DNA of 64,000 bases from Lobosporangium transversale (GCF_002105155.1 NW_019029002.1:186001-250000); one strand, 5' to 3'. Positions 1-14,991 are shown, counted from the first letter of the stretch. Made by a program: numbers and translations. The notes: generated from the sequence alone by a model not told the origin.

Positions 1-707
1 CAAAAGGCTAAGCGTGAGGAAGAAGAGAATCGGGGATTTAAAACATCTGCAGTAAGGGCGGAAGAAGAAAAGGCTAGAGAACGTCGCTATCCCAAGACGA
101 TCATCCGCATCCGCTTTCCCGACCGAGTTCAGCTTCAAGCCACATTCCGCAGCCAGGAGACTGTGGGTGATCTTCGGAAATGGGTTGCCAGTGCATGTGT
201 TGGTCAAGGAGAAAAGTTTGATCTATGTGAGTTTTTTTAGAAACATAATTATGTGCAGGCATTTTGATAAGACACTATTCAGTATCTTAACATGAGCTTA
301 TTTTCTTTTGTTATTACCTGACATAATGCACAGATATTACTCCTCCTAGGAAAGTACTTTCAGACAACAAACAAACATTGTATCAAGCAGGATTGGCGCC
401 TCAGAGTATTGTTTATTTCTCTTGGGTTGACTCGAAGCTCAATCAGAACCCACCATTCCTTAACGGTGAACATATGATGATGATGCAGGACCTACCCAAC
501 CCAGGTGAGGAGCCTGAAGAGAAATCAGAAGAAGCATCTTCTTCCACAATGCCTGCGTCAGGTGGGCATACTCTGAACCAACAGGGATCGACTCCTATAC
601 TTAGCAAGGAAGAACGACGGATGAGTGAGCTTATGAGCACAGAAAAGCGTGCTGGCGGTGGCAGCAATGGAGCGTTGCCTAAATGGATGAAGCTGTCAAA
701 GAAATAA
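1..707 (+). CDS. UBX-domain protein (TUG/ASPSCR1/Ubx4-like), 3' part; intron ~227-333
   Basis: Translation from the window start reads ...RRYPKTIIRIRFPDRVQLQATFRSQETVGDLRKWV...(intron)...ITPPRKVL...LYQAGLAPQSIVYFSW, a UBX domain (R..FP motif), ending in the PKWMKLSKK tail typical of the family. Confidence 0.75.
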
Positions 708-918
708 ATAAATAATAGAAATAATAAAAAAATTGATACAATCATTTAATAAAATACAGAAATACATCACTGAAAACAACGCGTTGATTTTGTTTACAAA
801 CGAGGTTCGGATTTGCAGTCACTGACGCGCCGAGTTCTTTTTGCCACTTTTTTTTTTTTTACTTTTTTCTTTCCTTGTCCATTCGTCCTTTTCTCCATCC
901 TTATACACCTGCACCGCT

Positions 919-1955
919 ATGAGTATCGTCAACATTACGCAGGTCAACGTCCTCGACAACCCTACTCATTTTGCAAACCCATATCAGTTTGAAATCACCT
1001 TTGAATGCATCGCTCCACTAGCAGCTGGTAAAGTCTGGCAGAAAAAATGATTTTTCTTTTGCTTTTCCTTCTTGTAGTCGTTACCCTGTAAGCTTCGTCA
1101 TAAACCTAGCTTACCTTACAAGTATAATGCGGGAGTTTAAATAGGTCACTAAAAGAGAAAGTAATTGCTTTTTTATTCAACTCACATGGTTAGATCTCGA
1201 ATGGAAGATCATTTATGTGGGTTCAGCTAATAGCAATGCTCATGACCAGGTACTGGAGTCCATCATGGTTGGACCTGTTCCTGTTGGTGTAAACAAGTTT
1301 GTCTTCCAGGTAAAAAAAAAAAAAAAAAAAAAAAAGCGGAGCAGGAGTGTATTTGATCATAGACAACAACATTGGCAGCTAAGGTTGAGTCTATTTGATA
1401 CTTCTGTTGAAATGGAATGTCATTTTCGTTGTTATTTTATTTAATTTATTTATTTATTTTTCTAGGCCGATGCCCCTAAGCCTGAGCTGATTCCTCATAA
1501 CGACATCGTAGGCGTGACAGTTATTCTCATCACTTGTTCGTATCAGGACAAAGAGTTTGTCAGGATTGGATATTATGTCAATAACGATTACTTGGATGAG
1601 GAACTTCGTGAGAACCCACCAGAACAGATTGCTTACGACAAGCTTTATCGGTCTATTTTGGCAGAGAAGCCAAGAGTCACCCGTTTTCCTATCAATTGGT
1701 ACTTATTTGGCATCCGGGAAAAAAAAAAAAAAAAAAAAAAAGCAAGTAGTCTTGTGAATTTTTTAATTTTGAACTATTTCGGTGCATTAACAAGTGTGCC
1801 CTTTTTTTTATTTAAAAAAAAAAAAAAAAAAAAAAAACATTAGGGAAAACCCAATGGAGGAAGAACAACCACCAGTGCAGGTGGAACCTGGGATGGATAC
1901 ATCCTCAAAAGCAAACATGATGGAGGGCAGTGACTGGGAAGATATGGAAGCTTAG
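919..1955 (+). CDS. ASF1: Histone H3-H4 chaperone ASF1 (4 exons)
   Basis: [91 protein letters not shown] introns. Confidence 0.97.
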
Positions 1956-1972
1956 ACATAAACTTAGAAAGG

Positions 1973-2003
<31 letters not shown>

Positions 2004-2187
2004 ATTAGCAATAATCGATGGAACTCTTTCATCATCCATACTGTAATTCTCTATATCAAGATACATAATACTGAAAAAGGTTCTTTAAACTGAATCAATA
2101 AGAACCATTTAATGGAGATAATGAATATAAGGATATTATAAGAGATTAAGGATATGGATTTTACTAACTAGTAAGTATATATATATT

Positions 2188-4185
2188 TTAAAGGATCAAA
2201 GTAATAGTCAAAAGACCAAGAAGAGTGGTCAAGACGCCAGCTGTGGCCTTTGAAGCAGAGTTGCCATCCTTGCCACCATCGCCAGCCTTCATGGTCGAGC
2301 ATTGAATGGCCCGGTCAAGCACAGGCTTGGTCGAGTCGGTAACAGTGCAGTTGGCACTGGACAAGATCTGACGGGCTTCATTCTCAGCAATGTTACGGAT
2401 CCAGTTGTATGGAACATCTCTTGGGAGGACTTCAGGGTGAACTGCACGGACAATGTCTTGTAAGACAGCATCGTCCATTACGACGGCGCTCATGAACCAA
2501 TCGCGACCATTGTTGGGGTTAACAATACCATCCTCACGGAAGACAGCCTTGTTCTTCAAAAACTTGTAATCAGCATCAGCAGTCAATTTATAGTTCTTGA
2601 GGAATTCTTCCATTTCAAATCCTGAAGTCATGGACTCATCAATGATAATATCAACATCTTTAATGGCGGCAAGGAAGTCTGCATTGTTGGTGAATTTGTC
2701 TGTGGTGGTACCGTTGAACAAGGTGGCCCCTGCATCAACAGTGAGAATTCGCTTGTAATCCGCTCCAGAAAGCAACCAGGATTCTGTGTTTTTGTTATAT
2801 TCCGAAGGAGCCTCATAGGCTGTCCATGCAACAATAGGTTTGTTTGCTTTAGTATTAGCAGCTTGCTTGAAACAGTTGTAGTTGTTGTTGATGGAACTTG
2901 TCAAATTCTGAGCATTCTCCTCAGTATTAAAGAAGGTAGAATAGAACTCGAGCCACTCAGCGCGCTTAATCGTGCAGTTACCGATTTAGGAGCAACAAAA
3001 TAAAAAGAAACAAAGTATTATTAATTGTGTTGTTCTAAATTCTATGGCGCTGCAACCTGTTGTAATTTTTTTTTTAAAAAAAAAATAAATAAATAAGAGA
3101 TTGAAACTAAGACAAAGATCCCACTTATGGATACATACGTGCAATGGGCCTGGATCCGAAACTTCGGAGGTGATAACGGTCTTGTTCTCCATACCAGGTT
3201 CCGATCCAAATGTGCTAAAGACAACATCAACACTCTTGAACTGATCCGCACGTTTGGCCAAGTCTTTGTCCTCAATACCAAGGATGGAGCCACGCTCGAG
3301 ATCGTATTGAAGGCAAGGGGAGCTAATCAAACCCTCTGTATCCACTGCCTTGAGGGCTGAACGCATACCCAGCATCTCAATGAATGCAACTGCAGTTGTA
3401 GCAGTTGAGGCAGCATTCTTGACTGGAATATTGACAAAGACAGTCTCATTACCGAATTGTGAAGCAGGAGGAACAGGAGTACCGCACTGAGTCAAGACAT
3501 ACTCCTTCTTGAGAGCATTGTTTACGACAACTTTGTAATTGCGCTCGTAATGGACACTAAACAAAGTAGCGTTGTCCACTGCCACAAAAAAAAAAAAAAA
3601 AAAAAAAAAAGGTCTTTTAGTAAACACATATACTTACATAGGTAAAAAAGAAATAATAATGGAAACATCAAATGTCGGCTTTAGGAAGAAGAAGAAGTGG
3701 GAATAAGTTTTATGCACAACTACACAGAGAAGGTTTGTTTGTATTTGATCAAGGTAACAAAAAGAGAATTAGTCGGATCTCGAAACACAATCTGACTTTT
3801 TGTCGGCTCTCATTAGATTCTGTTGTTGTTTTGGTTTCTGATATGCTCAGCACTTCACCTGGGAAGTTTTTCCTTTTCTTTTTTTTTTTTTTCTTTTTTT
3901 CTCACACAATTCATCTGATGAGGATGGAAATAAGAGCAGCTGCAAAGAAAGAAGAAAAAGAGAAAGAGAAAATAGGAGAAATAGGAATGGGGACGGGGAG
4001 ATAAGATGCCACAAGTTTAGGAGGATTAACATACCGGTGATTTTGTTTGTAAAGTAATCAAAGTTAGGGTCGTAGTTAGTCACACAACCATCCTGGTTGA
4101 TTGGGTTCTGTCCCTGAGATGCAACAGGGTTGGCCAGGAAGGGGAGGAGGGCCATCAAGGCAAATGAAATGGTTTTGATGGACAT
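2188..4185 (-). CDS. Secreted, probably GPI-anchored periplasmic-binding-protein fold (helical-backbone metal receptor; CBA1-like cobalamin acquisition protein)
   Basis: Hydrophobic signal peptide (MSIKTISFALMALLPFLANPVAS); motifs YKVVVN...YVLTQCGT, P.RAEWLEFYSTFFN and DWFMSAVV..D.VLQD; small-residue stretch followed by a hydrophobic C-terminal tail; 3 exons. Confidence 0.7.
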
Positions 4186-4568
4186 GTCGTAAATTGTAAG
4201 TCGAGGGCAACAAGACTAAGGTGGAGACAAGAGAAGGATGTAGAAGGAGATAGAGAGGATAGAGAGAGTGAAAAAGAAAAAAGTAACCAAAAAAAAACGT
4301 GTAAATTATAATGAATGGATAGAACGTGGCTTGGGTCACACAAATACGCCATGTACCGAATAAATGGATTTAGGTATTGTAGATTGTTACTCCTCCTCCC
4401 CACTTACATCTTTTTCATATTGAATGGTTTGTCTTTCAATTGGATCAAAATTTCTTTAGTTCTTCTAGAGCAATGCAATTTTAATGTTTTAAATGGTGTT
4501 AAATGATAAAAAAGAAGAAGAATAATAATAATATAAAAGTCAATAGTATGTATTTGTAATGTGGGCCT

Positions 4569-6383
4569 CTATTCAAGTTCAATGGTGGCAGGAGGCTTCG
4601 ATGATACATCGTAAACAACACGGTTGATTCCTTCAACCTCATTGCAGATACGTGATGAGATCTTCTTGAGGACAGCAGTAGGGAAATCGAACCAATCTGC
4701 GGTCATAAAATCAGTGGTCTCAACAGCACGCAAGCAGATCATCTGTTCATAAGTACGCTTATCACCCTTGACTCCGACAGCCTTCACAGGGAGGAGAGCA
4801 GCGTATGCCTGAGCGATTTGGCGGTACAGGCCAGCCTTCTTGATCTCCTGAATATAAATATAATCTGCTTTGCGGGCAATAGCAACTTGCTCCTTAGTGA
4901 CCTCTCCAAGAATACGAATAGCAATGCCAGGGCCAGGGAAAGGATGGCGCCAAACAAGTTCATCGTCCATGCCCAACAATCTTCCGAGCTCACGGACTTC
5001 ATCCTTGAAAAGCTCCCTAAGAGGCTCAATAAGCTTAAGCTTCATGTTCTCCTTAAGACCACCGACGTTGTGATGAGTCTTGATAGTGGCGCTAGGACCC
5101 TTGAATGAAATAGACTCAATAACATCAGGATAAAGAGTGCCTTGAAGCAAGAACTCAATTGGTGGTGCGCCTGATGCAGCGTTAGCCTCATCGATGGCCC
5201 TAGCCTCTTCCTCAAAGACATCGATAAAAGTGTTACCAATGACCTTGCGCTTTTGCTCGGGATCAGTCTTTCCTGCAAGGTTGGCCAAGAACCGGTCGCT
5301 GGCATCAGCAATCTTGAGGTTGATGCCCATTTTATCAACAAGCATCTTCTTGGCATCCACACATTCATTGTGACGCATAACTCCATTGTCGACCAAAATT
5401 CCATGGAAACGATCTCCAATAGCCATGTGCATCAATTTGGCCGCGACTGACGAGTCGACACCTCCACTGACAGCTCCAATAACCTGCCCCTTTTCTCCAA
5501 CGATAGAGCGAATGCGCTCAATCTCCTTGCCAATGAACTCGGACATGGTCCACTTTTGTTCGGCCTTGCAGACCTTGATGACAAAGTTCTTGAGGATCTG
5601 CTTTCCGTCAATAGAATGGGTGACCTCGGGATGGAACTGAATGCCAAAGATAGGTTTCTCGTTATGGCGCACGGCGGCATAGGGGGCAGTATTGGTCGTG
5701 GCAATAACACGGAATCCATCAGCGATGGTGGTAACCTGATCACCATGGGACATCCAGACCTGAGACTCGTCACTCAGTTCCTCAAAGAGCATAGAGGATT
5801 GAGCGTCAGCTTCACCGGCAGGAAGGATGGTGAGAGTGGCAGGACCATACTCGCGGTGATCGCATGGGTCAACTTTGCCTCCAAAGTAGTTGGTCATTTC
5901 CTAATAAATAAATAAAAAAGTTGGTTTCAATAAAAAAAAATAAAATAAAAAAAAAAAAATTAATCTATGGTCAAGTATGCTTACCTGAAGACCGTAGCAA
6001 ATTCCAAGGACAGGGACACCAAGGTTGAAGACATCAGGATCAAGACGAGGGGCATCGTGATCATAAACAGAGAAAGGACTTCCGGACAGAATGACACCTA
6101 TACGAGTGATATTAATATTTCATTAAAAGCAATTCAATTGATGAATAGTAAGAACAAAGAAAATATAGAGTCCCTATTAGAAAGAGCAATATCGGCGGGG
6201 CATAGAGGCATTACCAGTGGGCTTCCAGGTCAACTCCGAGATCTTTTGGGTACAAGGGAGCAACTCGCAGTAGACACCGAATTCACGAATGCGTCGAGTG
6301 ATCAAGTGCGAGTACTGTGAACCAAAGTCCAGAATGAGAATGGTGTCAAACATCTCATGGACTTGAATGGTGGAGTCAGCCAT
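4569..6383 (-). CDS. GUA1: GMP synthase (glutamine-hydrolysing)
   Basis: [69 protein letters not shown]; 2 introns. Confidence 0.98.
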
Positions 6384-6898
6384 GGTGGTGAATGTGTCCT
6401 TTTTGGATTGTGGGGAGGGTGGAAGGAGTGAAAGGAGTGAAGGGGTGTGAGTAAAGAGATAAATCCCAACCAGAAGTAGAAGAAAAAAAAAATAGAAACC
6501 CAACCACCAAAGTAAAGAAAAAAAGTTGATGCCTTTTATTTGTGGATGAGCAGTCATGTATTTGTTTTTTTTTTCTTTTTTTTTTTGGGAATCATAATTG
6601 ATCACAGTGTATTCATTCCATTCTGTAATTAAGGGCTCTTTTTATCAAGACCATCTCGCCCAGCCACAGATGGATGGGCGAAGCAGGACATCTGCTTTAT
6701 TCATGCTAAGCTAAACTATAAAAGTGGTATATTTAACATCTAAACAGGAAAAAAATTCTCCTTGCAGATCGGCTTCTTTCAATTATTTACAATGGTTGAG
6801 GAATCCTGAATATCAGACTAAACCGCGTTTAATTAAGACACTTTAACCACAATACTGGGAAACAATATGGATGAGAAAGTAAAAAAAGAAAAAAAAAG

Positions 6899-8378
6899 AT
6901 CAGATCTTTAAGCAGGACTCCGAGATGAAAATCCTAAAAGATCGAGAGATAATTTTTATTTTCTTGTTCTTTCCAAAACTTACCAGTCATGATCAGTACC
7001 ATTGGAGCTTCTGGCACGCTCCAAGTTAGAAGCCGAAATACTGCATAAATCATCCCTCACCGCTGGATCTATTAGTACATTAGTAATAACACATCGCATG
7101 CATGAGAAATAGGCTATAGCGGTGAAAGAAAAAGCTTTTTAGGTATTCTACATAATCATATATAGTCACCTCGATAATAAAACATATCTGTATTTGGCTC
7201 GTAGGCCACCAGTAGAATGAAATGTCCTATGATTAGAATATATGACGTGGGCGATTTCTCAGCATAGGTGCCTCTGATAAGTTCAATCAAGGAAATAAAA
7301 TATTGAATTGTAGTTACCAATGTAGCGAAAACCTTTCATCCTTTGCACAAATGAGTCGAATACTCCTATAGTGCAATTACAGATTGTAGTTTTTTCCTAA
7401 ATATGAATAAGTTTCCTATGTAAGTCCTGAATGATTGTGAACACCTGTGATAAAACAAATTAGACAATATAAAAAGTTGGTCAAGTGTGCCACTTACCAA
7501 GCATTGAAGACAGCTCAACAATCGTTGATTGACAAGTGTGATAATCCCGTACTTTCTGCAATACAGGAAGCGTTTGAAGTCGTCAAGCGGAAGTACCCTT
7601 CAAAAAGCCACGCATTCATAAAATAATTACAATAAGAGTAAGTATAACGTCTACGCTTATTACTGCTTGTCTCAAAGCCACGCTTCTTTTCAACAGCTCA
7701 TGCGGCTAATTTTATTACAACTATGATTATTATTATGAATATTGTTACAACCAATTCAAGACATCCTTACTTACAACTGAATCACTCTGACATTTTCAGC
7801 ATCCGCATTATCGAACAGAGCATTAACTCTCTTCTGATCATCATCAAATGACTACATATTTAAACAAGAGCCGTCTTTGCATTAATGTTGTGTATACATG
7901 TGATGCCTTTAATCAACATAGCAACTGAAGTTGCGGTATGAGCCCTACCTTCCTATAAAACTTTTCTCTAGAATGCGCTGCATCGGCACCAATGGTGCTT
8001 GTATAATACGTAAAATCCCAGCCTTCGTCACGTCTGGGTGAGAGATTTGGGATTTGTAATCGTTTTGAGAAATTGAGACGAGGTATACTGACTTGGTCAT
8101 CAGACAATTTCCGCAAAATATAGGCCAAGTCAATTGTCCATACTGACTCGTCTGTTTAGTACAAAGGAAAGGTCAGGGTTATAGGTACAAGGATTTGTTG
8201 GCTAATTGAACTAATTGAAACTAGGAAAAAGATACTTCAGACTACCTTTGCAATGCATGGCGACCTCTGCTAGGGACAAACGTGCACCGAGAGCATTGGC
8301 GACCATGGCAACACAAGCTAGCCCACAGTCCCAATCGTTTTCCTGATTGATATGAGGTATTGGCGTTGAAACTTGCAT
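6899..8378 (-). CDS. GUCD1-like protein (peptidase C39-like fold), multi-exon; 3' end approximate
   Basis: Manual translation: PHINQENDWDCGLACVAM, SVWTIDLAYILR, FTYYTSTIG, LERARSSNGTDHD. Confidence 0.7.
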
Positions 8379-9006
8379 GTGTTGGTAATAAAGCTAAGAA
8401 GACAATGAGAAGGAAGAGAAAGGAAGAGAGAAGGAAAATAAAAAAAAATAAAATTAAAAAAAAAAAAAAATAAAAAAAAGAGAGAGAGAGAGAGAGAGAA
8501 ATGGAGAGAGAAAGAGAGAGAAAGAGAGAATAAGAAGTGATTGTGAATTATAGTCGTGTATGTGTGTGCAAGGAACGTTACAAAGCTTAATGGATGAGTA
8601 TGATGTGTAGCATGAGTGAATGTTGAAAAATGTGAATGTTAATTGTAGATTCTAAAGGCGAAACTAGTCGGCTGTGCCAAAACAAGTGATGAAATAGGGA
8701 AATAGGAGCAGGGCCCTTGTGAGCTGTGCGTGTGTGCGGACCTCCTTTTTCTTTCTCCAGGGCACTGTTCATGTTTGACCTATGTGGTAACTGTGCTATC
8801 CATTGCAATACCTTATTCTCTAATTAACAGGTCTGATTATCTTCGAGATGATAATGAAGAGTACCTTTGACAAGATACCAGCCGGCTCCTTCACCAATCT
8901 TCGCCATACTTAATCAGATTATGAATAAGTTGATCTCAGCCACATTGACAACTTTGTCTTCTTTCCTTTTTCTTTTTTCTTCTTCTCGCCTTATTCACGA
9001 TCCTCC

Positions 9007-12000
9007 ATGTCTGCCGACGGAGAAGCTCTCGCTAATGCTACCAATGCAGTCCCTACCATTAAGCGTCTAGAGGAGGCTGTTGTTAATAGGATCGCTGCAG
9101 GCGAGGTAATGACCACCTGTTGTCATTTGAATACATTTCCATCCTTTCCTGGACATGACTAATGCAAATGATTTTCATTACTTTCATCAGATTATTCATC
9201 GCCCAGCTAATGCTCTTAAAGAGCTCATTGAGAATTCGTTGGATGCCAAATCTACCACCATTCAGATCTCTGTGAAGGATGGGGGACTGAAACTTCTCCA
9301 AATTCAAGACAATGGCCATGGCATCAAGGTAACGCCACCATTTTCACTAAATTAGAATATGATCGCTGTCAAAATTAAACTGTGACCGCTAATGGCTTTT
9401 TGCCCCTAACGGATAGGTCGAAGATATGGGGATCGTTTGTGAGCGATTTACCACGAGTAAACTTCGTACCTTTGATGACCTATCGTCTATGTCTACTTAT
9501 GGCTTTCGGGGCGAGGCACTTGCAAGTATCAGCCATGTTGCACATGTCACCATAACAACAAAGACCAAGGATTCTAACTGTGCCTACAAGTAAATATTGC
9601 AAAGTTGCTATAGTTCAATGCCAATCGGAACCCTAAATGCACTGCTATTAGCAAGCATATACTCTTCCTTGCATAACACTTTTGCTCTTTGCTATTAGAG
9701 CATCCTACTCAGATGGGGTAATTGTACCCGCCAAGCCAGGAGCTACTGCAGAACCAAAACCGTGTGCTGGTAACAACGGTACTCAAATATCAGTACGTGC
9801 CGGACCTGTCCAATTTAACTTCGAATAGTAGGAGGAAGAATGTGTAGTTAACCAGAGCCAATACTTTTTTTTTTATTTTTTTATTTTTTTAAAAAAAAAA
9901 CTAAGGCCGAAGACTTATTTTATAATGTTCCTACGAGACGGAACGCCCTTAAGAACCCTACGGAAGAGTATAATCGTATTTTGGATATTGTCAATCGTTA
10001 TGCAATCCATAATGAGGGCGTAAGCTTTACATGTCGAAAGGTATGTTATTATTAAAAGCAATGCGTCATTTAGTATGATTTGCATGTTGTGTGCATATCT
10101 GTGTTAATGTTAATACATCTTTCAATGGTTTCAGGTTGGATCGAACACACCGGATGTTCATACAACAACTACTGCGACTGTGCTTGACAACATTCGGACG
10201 ATATATGGCTCTGCTGTAGCTAATGAGCTGTTATCATTGGAGCAAAATTTCCCGGTCTTTTCCCTGAAGATAAAAGGATGGATTTCTAACGCTAACTACA
10301 GTGTCAAGAAATTTGCTTTCCTCTTATTCATTAACCGTATGTACCCATATTGTATCAGGATATAGCTAGTTGAGCCATGAAAGCAATTTGATCCAAAATG
10401 CTCAACGTCTTTTTTTTTTAAAAAAATATATATAGATCGATCTGTGGACTCTCCTGCTATTCGGAAAGCGATCGAGGCCGTGTACGCGGCATTTCTTCCA
10501 AAGAACACACATCCATGGGTCTATCTTTCTTTAGAAATGGATCCTAGGAATGTTGATGTAAATGTACATCCTACAAAGCGCGAGGTAAATATCCATAAAA
10601 GAAAATGTTATTTACTAAGAAAAGGTAAGCCATATTCAAGTATCTAATGCTATTGTTATTTCTTATTATGAATATAGGTTCATTTTATGAATGAGGAAGA
10701 GATCATAGAAACAATCTGTGGCGCAATCCAGAACCGATTGGGAGATGCCAATGTCTCCCGTAACTTTTTGACACAAACTTTATTGCCACAAGTAGCCGTG
10801 AGAGCCCGTACTGAAGAGGCATCGTCTAAAAAACCATCACAAAAACTTTATGAATATGATCAAGTTAGAACAGATAGTCGTGCTCAAACACTGGATTCAT
10901 TTTTAATCTCTGCTTCACCATATACCACCATTACTTCCTCATCAAACAAACGCCTGAAGATTGGTGTCGAACAACTGGTAGATATCGAGGACAACAGCGA
11001 TCAAGAGATGGATCAATCGAATGGAAAAACTGTTCAGAGTCGAGACAAAAGAACAGCTTTCGATGATAGTGAAGACGAAGACATTACTTCTACATCATCG
11101 GGGGCACGAGGCTCATTGTTGAAAAACATTGGTCAATACAAAAACAGCACACTTGAGCGAGGGGCACAAGGACGAACTCACACTTCACCACAGGGAGCTG
11201 GGACCGCGAAACTCTTAAAAAGTAGCGATTCATCAAACTCAAGAACAAAGACAAAACATCAACGTATTGAGGTCAAGTTGACGAGCGTACTTCAATTACG
11301 AGAAGATATTCGAAAGCAAGGGCACCCTATCCTTACCCCAATCTTTGCAAATCACGCCTTTGTAGGTATACTGGATAACCAGCGTGGTCTGATTCAGAAT
11401 GAATTGGCACTTTATCTAGTCAACTATGAAGCTATCAGTGAGGAGCTGTTCTATCAGATATGTTTGCGCGACTTTTCAAATTTCGGCTATATTCGACTGA
11501 CGACACCAGCACCGATTAAAGACCTTGTTATGATGGCTCTCGATGAAGAACAGGAATTAATGGAAGGAGGCACATGGCCGGAAGAGCTGAAGTCCAAAGA
11601 AGAAATTGCTGAGGTATGAAGCTATTACTTTGATTGAACAGTGTGTCTGCAATTAAAGTAGTCATTGATATTTAACTATTCCATTTTTTTAAAAAACATA
11701 TTGAAAAAGACCGTTAAATCCCATCTTGTCACCAGAAGAGAAATGTTGCGAGAGTATTTCTCAATATGCATTTCAGACAATGGCGATCTAACTGCTATTC
11801 CAATGATGCTAAAAGGATATGTTCCAAATCTTGAGAAGCTACCTGATTTCCTTTGGCGATTAGGATCAGAGGTATGCTTCACGATTTCTTTCAACGCATT
11901 AAAAAAAAAAAAAAAAAAAAAAACTAAACTGTTCGAAACTATGACTTTGTGATTAGGTTGATTGGACAGCAGAAAAGGCATGCTTCCATACCGTGGCAAG

Positions 12001-12280
12001 GGAGCTTGCCATCTTTTACAGTACCCAACCCGAATATGTAGAAGACGACATCGATGCTGATAGGGATAGTGAGGACCATGTCGACGATGAAGAAAGTTTA
12101 CATGATAGAAAGTCACCACAGGACATCCGGGATATTCAGTTCCGGCACATGGTTTCATCTACTATCTTCCCAGCCTTCAAAAGGAGCTTCATTCCTCCAA
12201 AAGCATTAATTGAAAAGTCGGGCATGGTTATCCAGGTTGCACAAGTTAAAGATCTTTATAAGGTCTTTGAAAGATGTTGA
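9007..12280 (+). CDS. MLH1: DNA mismatch repair protein MLH1 (MutL homolog), multi-exon
   Basis: [70 protein letters not shown], and the diagnostic C-terminal LYKVFERC. Confidence 0.98.
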
Positions 12281-12360
12281 TTAAATAAACAAGTAAAAAA
12301 AAAAACTTTGCATTTTATTATCATAATGATGATGATATTCCTAGATAGGTTGCATTGCTC

Positions 12361-13826
12361 CTAGAGTCTGGCTTTGATCTCGTTCGGTCCATGAACATAC
12401 TTTCGCACATTCATTCCCTTTTTAGACTTTGTAATATGAATTCGATGTCTGTGCCCCTTCTTCACATGAGTGGAGTGACCCTCGTCTCCAGGCAAAATAC
12501 CACTCAAATGTACACCGTTTTCGTCCTGTGACTCGACCACAAACTCTGGCATGGTGTTTACGATTTCGAGGTCCTTGAAATACTCCAAAAGGTCTTCATG
12601 TTTCTTGACTGGCAATAAATTTGCCAAAGTCACGAACTGGGGAGGCAAAAATGTCTGAATAGTATTATTACGATAGGCTTCAAGAGCCTCCTCAGGTGTA
12701 AACCAATCCAAGCGTGTTGTTTCCTTGCCATCCGCAAAGACTCTTGAATCTGAGAACGAGCTCCTGGACCATGGCAATACCGTCAAATAAAAGTGAGTAT
12801 GAAATCGCTTTGTTTCCATTGGTGGAGTGATCCAAGAGGAGAAATGTGATAATCGCTCAACTGCAGGCTTGATATGATGCGATGTACAGAGGTTGTAGAA
12901 TTCTTCGCCATTAGCATGTACACGATCTCGCCAAACTTTGATCTCCTCATCTGACAACTCCGTAAGAGGATCACAAACAAGGACACCCGATTCTTCAAAG
13001 GCTTCTCGGATAGCACAAATAGCACTGCAGAGTGGTGGATCATTAGGGTTCTTGGATTTGTAATTCAACAGAGTAGCCCAACGAGGATCATGGTCCGCTT
13101 TATCCACATTTCCTCCTGAAAAATTGCCACGAATTATTTTGTTAGTTACATACACATGAATAAAAAAAAAAAAAAAAAAAAAAAGGTAAGCAAAATAAGG
13201 AATGTAATATTCGGGGAATACAAACCTGGGAAGACATGGGCACTAGCAGAAGTTCCAATCCGTCCACGCTGCAGCAAAAGAAGCTTGTAATTGGCTTTTC
13301 CGGGCTCGACTTTAGACCTGGAAATAGGGGCAGCAATGATAAGAGTAGCTGAAGGCCTCAATTGTTCCAAATTGGATGACATTTTGGCTAGTACAGTTGA
13401 AGCAATATAATACAAAGAAAAAAAAAGATAGAGATAAGGACCGAGACAGAAGCAGAAGCAGAGACAAAGAGGAGAAGGAAGAAAAAGAGAAAGACATTTC
13501 AAGCTCGGTAAGTATAAATAGAGAGAATGAATAAAGCGCAGATACAAGACTGCTATCGGGTTGAAACAGCATGCTCTATTACCGCTTGTAGTGAAGTGAG
13601 AGAGCTGCTGGTAATAATTTAGAGTGGACACGGACAAAGGCTTAGAGCGTTTTTGTTGTGGAGCTGAATGGATAAACAATGAGTATGGAGCACGGACGTG
13701 CGAAGTATTGAAAAGAGGAGAAAGTGATGAAGTGGCTCTCAAATGAGGTGATTGTGTAAATGATGAAAGATTATTCAATCTCGTTCGTGCAGAGAAAGCC
13801 AATGCATTCTTTAACAATGGAATCAT
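12361..13826 (-). CDS. Nudix hydrolase (NUDT19/RP2-like acyl-CoA diphosphatase), possible mitochondrial presequence
   Basis: RPSATLII..., HVFPG/GNVDKAD, CAIREAFEESGV (Nudix box), WITPPMETKRFHTHFY, FLPPQF. Confidence 0.85.
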
Positions 13827-13949
13827 TTGTGTTGCAGCTGGGCACTCTTAAGTTTTTATTTTCGTTTTTCGGCTCGGAAGATAGAAGTGAACATGACAAA
13901 AAGAAAGGGAAACCGGAAAAAAGTACCCGTCCTTTATTCTAACTTTTAA

Positions 13950-14991
13950 CAAACCATTCCCTTGCTTTTTATAAAGCCGTTCTGCATTTTGCAGTTGGGA
14001 CCTTGCTCAAGTCACCATTTCTATATGATCAATGGCAATGTGTTTTCATATTCAACAGAGATCGATCTGGGGTGCAGGCCAAAGAGGCACCAATCGCCAA
14101 TTTTCTGTGAAATTTAAGGGATCGTGGGAACAAATCAGTCAATGCAACATTTCTTCAAAGCAGGACAAAAAAAAAAAAGATCTTACAAGTCTTGCAGATT
14201 TCATAATTTCTGCCATCCTCATGGGTCCTTTTGAATTTTGATCAAGCGTTTCGATTCGACTTCTAACGTCATACCCCCTCCCCTTGCTCTTATCGACTTG
14301 ATGGGGTACATCCTTTTGCAATGAATGAGCAACGGATTGCCTTCGATTATTCCGAGGAATCTTTGACAGATGAACAAGCGAATCAGTTGCATATCTCCAG
14401 CCTGCGCTTTGATCCGGTTTTACATGACATGTTGCCAGAACAGAAGGCGTTTGTTCCTCAGGGTGAATAGGGACAGACATAGTAGTCACCTTTGAAAGAA
14501 TGAGTTCAAAGACAGATATCATGTAGTAGCATAAATAACACCAATCACGTCTTTTGTCATCCTACCAAAACCGTGAGGTTAAAGTCAATAGCTATACGTC
14601 GAAGTTCTCTTGATAAATGCATCATAGTAGCATATCCTAAATTGTTTATCCAAAAGACTGTATAAACAAGTGGAGGCCTCAACATAAATAATACATGTCA
14701 ATAAGTCAAGAATCAATCGACTAACCAGTGTTGTTATCATTCTGCATTAGCTTCGTAAGCACTTCGCTCATGGAATCAATTACAATGAGCCGTATAGACG
14801 ACAAGGATGCGACAGTAGGTTGCTCAAGGCCCTTCCTTATTGACTCAATTGCATTTATGATGTCAAAAATATCTTGACAAGCACAAAGATGGATCCTTGA
14901 GAGAATTTCCAGAGCTTGCTCCTAGAAATCCAGATTGAGATATTGAGTTATTCGTGGATTAAAGTGCAGATCCTGATTGGGAACTCTACAT

